Shown here: piece by piece, positions 9,123 through 16,770 of the stretch
How the letters are laid out: every line of letters starts with the position of its first letter
How positions within the stretch are numbered: position 1 is the stretch's first letter
Source of the DNA: Candidatus Heimdallarchaeota archaeon
Lineage (GTDB): Archaea > Asgardarchaeota > Heimdallarchaeia > Heimdallarchaeales > Kariarchaeaceae
Direction: 5' to 3'
Length of the DNA stretch: 32,000 bases
Assembly: GCA_030149205.1 (NCBI GenBank)
Contig: JASBSB010000001.1
Location: forward strand, 210,001-242,000
The notes under the pieces: model-generated
Told to the model about the DNA's origin: nothing
Database searches by the model: none
Seen by the model: the letters and a program-made list of their open reading frames with translations, nothing else
Made by a program: the position numbers and the translations under genes

Positions 9123-10749
9123 AATTCTTCACATATTCTACATAATCATTCTTCATTTGATTCTTTGTCTCTTCAGACCAATTTAATTCTTTCGCCATGG
9201 TTTCTGCAACTTTATCCACAGAGGATAACCCTTGACCCTTGTAGAATGCCATTTGGAACCTTCTTCTCAGCACATCAGTGACAGTTCTTGCAAATTCATA
9301 TCGCGTGGAGTATACTACTTGAGCCATTATAAACGGTGCATTTTGATCAATGATTTCAGTGAGTGATTTATCTTCATCAATTAGTGCAGTAAGCCTTGGA
9401 ATTTCTGTACCATAATGTTGGAGTAAAACTCTAATTGTCTTTTCTGAAAGGTTATACTTCTCCTTCAGGTCTTTGTAACTCTGTTCCTTAAAAGTCTCAT
9501 AATCCTCAAAATCCGTACTAAAAAAGGGGACAGAATCTGTCACACATTTATGTGAAGAGGGTGATAATCCTAAATTTTTTATTGCCCGATCCATAACATC
9601 CTTTGCCATCTTTCGATGAGTTGTCATCTTTCCTCCAGCAATGGTTATTACATCACCATAATCTTTGACCGTATGTTCTCTGCTGGTCTTCTTCTCATCT
9701 TTTCCCGGTTGATAGACCAGTGGTCTTAGCCCTGCCCATGCAGAATACACGTCTTTACGGGTGTATTTAGCTGTTGGGAAAAGGGTGTTTAAAGCATCTA
9801 ATATGTAATCTAAATCTTCTTTTTCTGGTTTGACTTCCTCAGAGGGTAATTTCCAGTCAGTATCGGTTGTACCAACAATATCAAAGTCATCCCAAGGAAG
9901 TATGAAAATAGGTCTATCATCTTTGTTTGCTAATAAAACACAATAGTCGGTAAGTTTCTTCTTTACTGTTAAATGGACTCCCTTTGTCCTCCTTATGTGA
10001 ATCTTTGGGTCAAAATCTTTCCCTAAGGCTTCTGTTTCATGAGACCAGGGACCTGTAGCATTTACCAATAATTTTGTGTGAACCTCTGTCTCCTCACCAG
10101 TTTCTACGTCCTTCACGTTAAGTTTAATCCCATTTTCATCTCGTTCCCAGTGTGTGACTTCAGTATAATTTAACACATCTGCATGTCCAGCTACACCACT
10201 AAGTAAATTAAGTAAAACCAAACGCGAGTCGTTGGTTTCAACATCATGATAATAGGCACCACCAATCAGGTCTTCTTCTCCCTCGACAATTGGAAACTGT
10301 TCAATTAATTTTTGTTTGGATAGGGTTTTATGTTTCCCGATTTGTTTAGGCCAAGCTAATAAATCATAAAACCAAAGACCAATACGAAGCATCCATAACT
10401 TCTCTGGGGTCCATTTGTACATTGGTATCATGAATTTTTTAACTGTTGAAAAGTTTGGAGTAAGATCAGCTACAATTTTTCTTTCTAAAGCTGCCTCTCG
10501 TACAAGTTTGAATTCATAATTCTTCAAGTACCGAAGCCCCCCATGAAGTAATTTCGTACTCTCAGATGAAGTTCCTGATGAGAAATCACCCTTCTCGAAT
10601 AGGGCCACATTTAATCCTCTCAAAGTTGCATCTCTTAATACACCAGCTCCTGTAATCCCACCACCAATTACAACCACGTCGTATTCTCTTTCAGAAATTC
10701 TTGATTTGATTTCATCACGGTTGGGGATAACGATGTTATCAGTCAACAT
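9106..10749 (-). CDS. glpD: FAD-dependent glycerol-3-phosphate dehydrogenase (GlpD/GlpA family)
   Basis: DVVVIGGGITGAG, DFSSGTSSESTKLLHGGLRYL, NATGPW, TKGVHL, GTTD, WAGLRPL, SREH, GGKMTTHR. Confidence 0.93.
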   Translation of the reverse strand: MLTDNIVIPNRDEIKSRISEREYDVVVIGGGITGAGVLRDATLRGLNVALFEKGDFSSGTSSESTKLLHGGLRYLKNYEFKLVREAALERKIVADLTPNFSTVKKFMIPMYKWTPEKLWMLRIGLWFYDLLAWPKQIGKHKTLSKQKLIEQFPIVEGEEDLIGGAYYHDVETNDSRLVLLNLLSGVAGHADVLNYTEVTHWERDENGIKLNVKDVETGEETEVHTKLLVNATGPWSHETEALGKDFDPKIHIRRTKGVHLTVKKKLTDYCVLLANKDDRPIFILPWDDFDIVGTTDTDWKLPSEEVKPEKEDLDYILDALNTLFPTAKYTRKDVYSAWAGLRPLVYQPGKDEKKTSREHTVKDYGDVITIAGGKMTTHRKMAKDVMDRAIKNLGLSPSSHKCVTDSVPFFSTDFEDYETFKEQSYKDLKEKYNLSEKTIRVLLQHYGTEIPRLTALIDEDKSLTEIIDQNAPFIMAQVVYSTRYEFARTVTDVLRRRFQMAFYKGQGLSSVDKVAETMAKELNWSEETKNQMKNDYVEYVKNFMGTP

Positions 10750-10864
10750 GTTAAAAGGGTTATTCAGACAGATTTTTAAGATTGTACTTTCCTACCATAA
10801 AATTTTCCGTTATTTATAAGAAAATTGTTTAATTGTACGAACAAACATAAGCTAGGAGTATCTA

Positions 10865-11713
10865 ATGAAAATTATGCTAACAGATTCACAATTGGTCGAA
10901 TGGTTAAAGGAGGATATCCATTCTTGGGACATTTCAACCACCGATCAGAGATATAAACGAACAGTATCTGCTGACATATTTAGTAGGGAAGCTGGTACAA
11001 TTTGTGGAATAGAAGTTGTAAAACAGGTATTTCAACTCGTTGGTATACATCCAAATGATATTCAATCTTTTGTGATAGATGGAACTGATGTTCAAAAGTC
11101 TGACAAAATAATGGAGATCAAAGGAGAAGCTCGTCATATTTTAACTGGAGAGCGATTGGCGTTAAATTTACTGGGACATATGAGTGGTGTTGCCACAAAA
11201 ACAAGGAATCTAGTTGACAGAGCCCATTTGTTAAATCCCCATGTGAAAATAGCTGGAACTCGAAAAACTCTACCAGGATTGAGAACTCTTCAAAAATACG
11301 CGATCAAAATGGGCGGGGGTGATACACATAGAATGTCATTATCTGACATGGTTATGTTAAAAGAGAACCACCTTGCCGAATTTGAAAGTGAACAATTGGC
11401 AATCGACACTGCCTTTTCAACTAAATCTTTCACACATAAAATAGAGGTGGAGGTTACAAACCCAAATCAAGCTCAAAGAGTTGCTAAAACTGGAAAAGTT
11501 GATATAATCATGTTAGATAATTTTAGTTTAGAACAAATAACTCCTACAGTTGAATTAATCAAAGAAATTAACGACAGAATTTTAATTGAAGTTTCAGGTG
11601 GAATAAATGAATCTAATTTTGAAAGTTATGTGAAGACAGGTGTTGACATTATATCTATGGGGGCTCTGACTCATACAACTAAACCTCTGGATATTAGCCT
11701 ATTGATAAAGTAA
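10865..11713 (+). CDS. nadC: Quinolinate phosphoribosyltransferase (nicotinate-nucleotide pyrophosphorylase)
   Basis: GERLALN, TRKTLPGLR, HRMSLSDMVMLKENH, EVEV, IMLDN, EVSGGI, ISMGALTH. AGGAG lies just upstream. Confidence 0.95.
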   Translation: MKIMLTDSQLVEWLKEDIHSWDISTTDQRYKRTVSADIFSREAGTICGIEVVKQVFQLVGIHPNDIQSFVIDGTDVQKSDKIMEIKGEARHILTGERLALNLLGHMSGVATKTRNLVDRAHLLNPHVKIAGTRKTLPGLRTLQKYAIKMGGGDTHRMSLSDMVMLKENHLAEFESEQLAIDTAFSTKSFTHKIEVEVTNPNQAQRVAKTGKVDIIMLDNFSLEQITPTVELIKEINDRILIEVSGGINESNFESYVKTGVDIISMGALTHTTKPLDISLLIK

Positions 11714-11715
11714 CT

Positions 11716-12078
11716 CTAACCACATCCGCCTTTACCACAGGTACATTTACCAGTACACCCTTTTTCGTTCAATTTGGAGAAGTCAACATAAGGGTTATTT
11801 ATTTTATACCCAGCATTGGAAAAATCCAGTGTTGCACCTCGGACGTATGGAAGACTAATTTCATCGATTAGAAGTGATATTCCGTTGATTTTTGTTCTCA
11901 TATCTCTGGGGTGAATCTGTTTATCCAAGGACATGGAATAACTATATTGCCCCTGAACAAACCTCAAAAATATCCTTAGATGTGTGTCAGTTGAGGTCAA
12001 CACCTTAAGCAATTCATCTCTAGCATTATTAGTAATATTCACGGTTTCAGAGGACGTTAGGTCATTAGATTCTAACAC
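11716..12078 (-). CDS. HesB/IscA-like (A-type carrier fold) protein with atypical Cys pattern
   Basis: VNITNNARDEL, LRIFL, GISLLIDEISLPYVRGATLDF and YKINNP match the A-type carrier scaffold. The GGCSG Cys is absent; the tail is CTGKCTCGKGGCG. GTG start. Confidence 0.75.
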   Translation of the reverse strand: MLESNDLTSSETVNITNNARDELLKVLTSTDTHLRIFLRFVQGQYSYSMSLDKQIHPRDMRTKINGISLLIDEISLPYVRGATLDFSNAGYKINNPYVDFSKLNEKGCTGKCTCGKGGCG

Positions 12079-12155
12079 TACATTAAACTTTAATCCTTCT
12101 TGATAAATTCTTTTGTGTAGTAATAATTTTCTGTATTTATTGGTAGAATTACTAT

Positions 12156-12860
12156 TCAGTGAGTATAGGATAAATGACGTAATTGCTCAGATATACTTTT
12201 TTGAAAATGGTTTTTTGCGCTGATCCTTAGAAACAGAAGGATATTGACATCAGTAATTTTATGAATCGCTGCTTCTGCCAATATGGTATCACTAGAATCT
12301 AACACAATTTTTGAAAGAAATTCATTGGAGATAAGTCTAAACAACGCCTCCTCACGAACATAATAATTAGAGTCGCTCATGAAAATTTCAAAGAGGTATT
12401 TTTGATTGGTCCGATGGATCTTCCTTACTGCCTGTCTTCTAATCTTATAATTCTTCTCCTCTTTTATGATCAAGTGAATATATTTTTTATCAGAAAGTCT
12501 TTGGAGAGCCAGTCTTTTGATGTTGATATCATTACAAAGTTTAACGATCTTGAACAAAGAGGATTGATTATTAATTTTCTCAAGAGCCTCTCTTTTAACG
12601 ACATAGTTTGAATCCGTGATCGTAATTGCCTCTAACTCTTCGGAGAAGTCTTCATTTATCCTGAGAACTGCTTCTGCCCTGGTTGGAGGATATGGTGCAT
12701 TTTTTGCAATTTCCAAAAACAATCTCTGTGAGCTAACCGCTTTTAACAATTGTTGAATGGAGCCATGGTTTCTTGATTGATAGAGTATTCTTATCAATTC
12801 TTTTTCTGAATGAGGCCAATTATCCTTTCCATTAAACATAAGAAACCATAAATCCTCCAA
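12156..12860 (-). CDS. Short HEAT/LRV-like helical repeat protein
   Basis: Six to seven units of about 25-28 aa with consensus L..I...DsN..vR..Al.kI, e.g. LEAITITDSNYVVKREALEKIN and LFEIFMSDSNYYVREEALFRLI. Confidence 0.65.
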   Translation of the reverse strand: MEDLWFLMFNGKDNWPHSEKELIRILYQSRNHGSIQQLLKAVSSQRLFLEIAKNAPYPPTRAEAVLRINEDFSEELEAITITDSNYVVKREALEKINNQSSLFKIVKLCNDINIKRLALQRLSDKKYIHLIIKEEKNYKIRRQAVRKIHRTNQKYLFEIFMSDSNYYVREEALFRLISNEFLSKIVLDSSDTILAEAAIHKITDVNILLFLRISAKNHFQKSISEQLRHLSYTH

Positions 12861-12891
12861 AAATAAGATTGATTTTCATCTTAAAAAACGT

Positions 12892-13368
12892 TCATAAATT
12901 CAGGTTTACCATTCTTGGATGATGGAGCTGATCATCCGGATTGATTGGGAGATTTGTACTATAAACCATGAATTTATCCAGGGGAATTGGTTCATCTATC
13001 TCTTTTATTTGCTCAATTATTACGGCATATGACCTTACTGCATCCTTTAAATCAAACCATGACATTCTATAAATCTCTGGGATAAGTGGTTGATAAATCT
13101 CATCCTTGAGAATCTTATCTCGTCTTTCAATTCCATGACAGATGAAACTATGAGTAGCAACTCTTCTATCAATGTCTACAAAATACCCCACCTTCGGAAG
13201 ATAGGGGAACTCTTTTATGTGTACTCCATATTTCTGCGCATAAAAATTTAGAATCACTGCTGGTCTTGGCTTATCAAGATGCTCCTGTAATTGAGCTATC
13301 GTAATCTGTCTTGCATTGATCAGATATTCATCTGGGATTTTAATTCTCATTAAAACCTGAGAATCCAT
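12892..13368 (-). CDS. Hypothetical protein, possible PUA-superfamily (ASCH/EVE-like) fold
   Basis: GYFVDIDRRVATHSFICHGI, LIPEIYR and AVIIEQIKEIDEPIPLDKF recall PUA-like domains. Start moved from TTG 13386 to ATG 13368 because TATTTAAG (13392-13399) lies 24-31 nt upstream of the latter. Confidence 0.45.
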   Translation of the reverse strand: MDSQVLMRIKIPDEYLINARQITIAQLQEHLDKPRPAVILNFYAQKYGVHIKEFPYLPKVGYFVDIDRRVATHSFICHGIERRDKILKDEIYQPLIPEIYRMSWFDLKDAVRSYAVIIEQIKEIDEPIPLDKFMVYSTNLPINPDDQLHHPRMVNLNL

Positions 13369-13423
13369 ATTCACTAGAAGTATCAATCCAACTTAAATAC
13401 TGATTTAAGTCACCTATTTGTTT

Positions 13424-14320
13424 CTATGATTTAGGTTTAAATTCTTTAAGTGATTCATTGAACTCATCTGACTTGTTATCTTTAAAATAAGCGTAACCTA
13501 CCTCCATAAACCCTTTCTTCATGGAGATGTATTCTAGGAACATTTCAACCAAATTTGGAATCACAGGTTCAATCAACCCTAAGATCTTCTGTGCAACTAT
13601 TCTGATTTCCTTTTGTGCATGATCATCTAATCTTAACTCCAAAAAGTGAAATAAATTATGTAAATCCATTTTAAATGTGAAAGTGGTCATCATGAGCTGT
13701 GGTAAAAACTGTCTTGCTGTTTCAGGAGCTATTCCTTCTTGAATCAACTTATAATAGAAACGAACTGATTTTTCAATAAGTTCAATTCCCTCATTATACA
13801 AATCTTGATGATTCTCAAATAACACTACCACACCACTTCCCTGTTTGGTTAGTTCAGTATCCTTAAACCTAAGTTCAAAGTCAAACATTTCAAGATCATG
13901 AGAAACATATCTTCTTGAAATTTCGTTGACTGAGGCAGTACGGTGTCTTAAGATCTGTCTAGCGACAAATAGTGGAGCATGAATCTGAAACATAAATTCA
14001 ATATTTTCAAATGGACTTGTGTGTCTGTGCCACATCAAATATCGTGAAAGCCTTAAATCCTGTTCTAAGGTTCTCCCCTCTTCATTGTCTGAGAAAATGT
14101 TCCCATATGAAATTCTTGCCACCTTTGCGGGTTTTCTATCATCATCATGTCCCATGTAATCCAACAATTGAACCTTTATCTCTGAATATTTTATGGATAA
14201 ATTTGGTTCTGTAGGAATCTTAATGTCTACCTTGGGACATCCTGGGTTAATTTCTTCAATTTTCACCATTTTCAGGTATTTGATTGTTTCAAGTTTCTTG
14301 TATTTTATGGTTGCTGACAC
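13424..14320 (-). CDS. thyX: Flavin-dependent thymidylate synthase
   Basis: ThyX motif RHR-x7-S-x-R (RHRTASVNEISRRY), plus HTSPFE, APETARQFLP and LRLDDHAQKEIR. Alternative start at ATG 14269. Confidence 0.95.
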   Translation of the reverse strand: MSATIKYKKLETIKYLKMVKIEEINPGCPKVDIKIPTEPNLSIKYSEIKVQLLDYMGHDDDRKPAKVARISYGNIFSDNEEGRTLEQDLRLSRYLMWHRHTSPFENIEFMFQIHAPLFVARQILRHRTASVNEISRRYVSHDLEMFDFELRFKDTELTKQGSGVVVLFENHQDLYNEGIELIEKSVRFYYKLIQEGIAPETARQFLPQLMMTTFTFKMDLHNLFHFLELRLDDHAQKEIRIVAQKILGLIEPVIPNLVEMFLEYISMKKGFMEVGYAYFKDNKSDEFNESLKEFKPKS

Positions 14321-14325
14321 TGATA

Positions 14326-15360
14326 TCAGATTTTAATTACTACCTTACTATTCAGTTCCACAGTTTCAATAATGGGGTTTTTCCTTAAATCTATAAATTT
14401 CAAACTAGAAAGATTGTTTAATTCTTGAGGATAAACATGAAGATTATTATTTTCTAAAAACAATTTTTCTAATGATTTCAGTGAGATTAAGGTGGTAAGA
14501 GTTTGGATATCATTACCCCCTAGATACAATGACCTTAATTTTGAAAGATTCTGAATGAATTTTGGAAGTTCAGACAATCTGTTGTTCGCTAAAGATAGTT
14601 TTTCCAATGGTGGGTTGTAGGATTGATCTAATTCAAATTTCGATATTCTATTCGAAGCAAGATAAAGTTCTCTTAAGTTAGATAAAAATGAGAAGGACTT
14701 GTCTGGTAATGTGATTCTATTGTTTGACAAATTCAGTACTTCTAAATTATTCAAAGAATAAATATCATAAGGAATGCTCATTAAGCTATTTTTTGAAAGA
14801 TTAAGAGATACTAATGATCTTGTATTCCCAGTTATATGAAAACCAACTATTTGATTTTCACTTACCTGTAATGTCTTTAGTTTCAAAATTTTGATATTAA
14901 AATTCTTTAGATGGTTTTTATTTAACCAAAGGTGCTCTAAATTTTCAAAATCACTAAAATCTGGTACATCTGCAAACTTATTTCCACTTAATACCAATTT
15001 TTTCAATTTATTTCCTTGAAAATCCAATTCTTTAAGCTTGTTGTCTGAGAGGTTTAAGACCTCTAATTGCAAACTAGGATTTTTATGAAAGTTAACCTTT
15101 TGAAGGTTGCAGTTAATCAAATAGAGATATTTTAAATTGGGAAGAGATGAGAAGTCAAAATTAATTCTAGACAAATCTTGATTTGCAATAGTTAATCCAA
15201 TTATCTTTTTGAACCATAGAACTATTCCTGACTCATCTTCATTAATTGATGATATAATTTTCAAGGGAGACCCTAATTCATCTTCTAGATTACTAATCGC
15301 AACAAAGTCCCTTTCCACAATTTTGAATCCATCTTTTTTCAAAAATTCTTTAATCAACAT
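14326..15360 (-). CDS. Stand-alone leucine-rich repeat protein
   Basis: About 11 LxxLxLxxNxL repeats (LEVLNLSDNKL, LEHLWLNKNHL, LRELYLASNRI, LRSLYLGGNDI, LKFIDLRKNPI) after a roughly 60-aa N-cap. No signal peptide or effector domain. Confidence 0.92.
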   Translation of the reverse strand: MLIKEFLKKDGFKIVERDFVAISNLEDELGSPLKIISSINEDESGIVLWFKKIIGLTIANQDLSRINFDFSSLPNLKYLYLINCNLQKVNFHKNPSLQLEVLNLSDNKLKELDFQGNKLKKLVLSGNKFADVPDFSDFENLEHLWLNKNHLKNFNIKILKLKTLQVSENQIVGFHITGNTRSLVSLNLSKNSLMSIPYDIYSLNNLEVLNLSNNRITLPDKSFSFLSNLRELYLASNRISKFELDQSYNPPLEKLSLANNRLSELPKFIQNLSKLRSLYLGGNDIQTLTTLISLKSLEKLFLENNNLHVYPQELNNLSSLKFIDLRKNPIIETVELNSKVVIKI

Positions 15361-15818
15361 TTATTTTACAAAATCATTCTTATTTAACTCATATGAATGT
15401 GAGGTAACAACCTTTGACAAGAGAATTGTCAATGTTAAATAAAAATATAGTAGTGTTTAAAAACGAATTTTGGCTCACCGTTTGAATATAAAGATTAGTT
15501 TTATGACTCTTCATATGTTTAAAAAAATTTCTAAACATCGTTTAAGGCTTGAAATTTACTCTAACTTAATGTATAAATAACATCACATGAACATTTTCGC
15601 TACAAGACCTTAAATTTGTGGAAGTAAGAAGAATATACTTGGCTATAGCAATCAAAAGAGTGTGAAAAAAATGATGGTCTTCCTAATTCACTATTTGGCG
15701 CCACAATTATCGAAGAGATATTTCAAAAGTCGTACATCCCCCCACAAATTTTTTCGAAAAACGTAAAATTCGCATCTCCATATATCTAAATTCGACATCT
15801 CATACTAACCCCATAAAC

Positions 15819-15830
15819 TATAAATATAAG
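15819..15830 (+). promoter_or_regulatory. TATA box of the wHTH regulator gene
   Basis: TATAAATATAAG starting 29 nt upstream of ATG 15848. Confidence 0.6.
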
Positions 15831-15847
15831 TTGCTAAGAATGTAGTT

Positions 15848-16120
15848 ATGTACAACCAAAACGAACAAAAACTACCTGGTAACGCAATCATTATGTTGAG
15901 ATTTCTTCACGATCAAGGAAGAAAAACACAAAAAGAAATCATTCAAACTTTGAATCTCCCTATTAGATCCGTAAGATACTGCATCAGAAGACTTATGGAA
16001 AGAGGTCTAATTGTAAAATATCCAAATCTCAAAGATATGAGATCTGTTTTTTACCAACTCGCAGCAGACAAGATTCATGAAGTTGAACAAATTATTTCTG
16101 AAATTGAAGAAACTGCATAA
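15848..16120 (+). CDS. Small winged-HTH (MarR/ArsR-like) transcriptional regulator, archaeal type
   Basis: KTQKEIIQTLNLPIRSVRYCIRRLMERGLI helix-turn-helix and wing NLKDMRSVFY, resembling the archaeal D-x-R-x-x-x-Y wing motif. Confidence 0.85.
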   Translation: MYNQNEQKLPGNAIIMLRFLHDQGRKTQKEIIQTLNLPIRSVRYCIRRLMERGLIVKYPNLKDMRSVFYQLAADKIHEVEQIISEIEETA

Positions 16121-16253
16121 TTTCATAATCCCTCATTAACCTGTCAAATTCTAAGTTCAGGATGGATCAGTTAAATTGAGAGATTAACAATTTTATTAAC
16201 AAAACCTTTCTCTATATTGATTTAACTAATTTATCTTGGTTTATAATTTCAAC

Positions 16254-16727
16254 TTAATTAGTTTTTAAAAATTCTTTTAGTTTATCAAAAGGAGGGTAAT
16301 CACTGGGAACGTTAGCTATCCATTTGTATATGATCATTCCATTCTTCACTACAAAAAGCGAACGTTTGGCAACACCTTTGAAACCTACAAAATTGTCATC
16401 ATAAATATCAAACTTCATAATTAAATCTTTGTTAAAATCAGATAAGATTGGATAATTTAATTTAAATTCTTTAATAAACTCCTTCTGAGAAAAAGGGAGG
16501 TCCACGGATATCCCAATCAAATTTGCACCTAAAGATTCAAAATCTTTGTGGGAGTCTCGTAATTCACATGATGAATCACTGCAGACTCCTGTAAAGGCAC
16601 CGGGGAAAAAATATAATACAGTTGTTCCTTTTTCATATTCTGTCTGTAAATCAAACTCTCTCTCTTGACTTTCAAGAGATGTTTTCCAAGTTACGGTGGA
16701 TGGTGCTTGAGTATTTAGTTCAACCAT
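16254..16727 (-). CDS. Peroxiredoxin (AhpC/TSA superfamily, BCP/PrxQ-like)
   Basis: PxxxTxxC active site FFPGAFTGVCSDSSC with a second Cys 5 residues downstream, GISVD, YPILSDFN and KRSLFVV. Confidence 0.92.
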   Translation of the reverse strand: MVELNTQAPSTVTWKTSLESQEREFDLQTEYEKGTTVLYFFPGAFTGVCSDSSCELRDSHKDFESLGANLIGISVDLPFSQKEFIKEFKLNYPILSDFNKDLIMKFDIYDDNFVGFKGVAKRSLFVVKNGMIIYKWIANVPSDYPPFDKLKEFLKTN

Positions 16728-16770
16728 GACTCCGTATTAATTGCTCAGGTATAAAATAGATTTGATAATG

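Noticed and set aside
10801-10826. AATTTTC-n12-GAAAATT inverted repeat in the glpD/nadC divergent region
   Set aside because: The arms are almost all A/T in very AT-rich DNA, so the chance expectation is high.
11940-11965. An alternative frame in the HesB-like gene reads V-C-S-G, resembling the missing GGCSG motif
   Set aside because: It would need two compensating indels within about 10 nt, the main frame is intact, and the flanking GG is absent. Probably coincidence; raw reads could settle it.
13424-14320. thyX as a sign of a provirus
   Set aside because: No integrase, capsid, terminase or att-like repeats in the window, and the flanking genes are housekeeping.
15361-15847. Long intergenic region considered as a replication origin or ncRNA
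   Set aside because: No recognisable ORB motif, no adjacent cdc6/orc1 gene, and no GC-rich structured segment.
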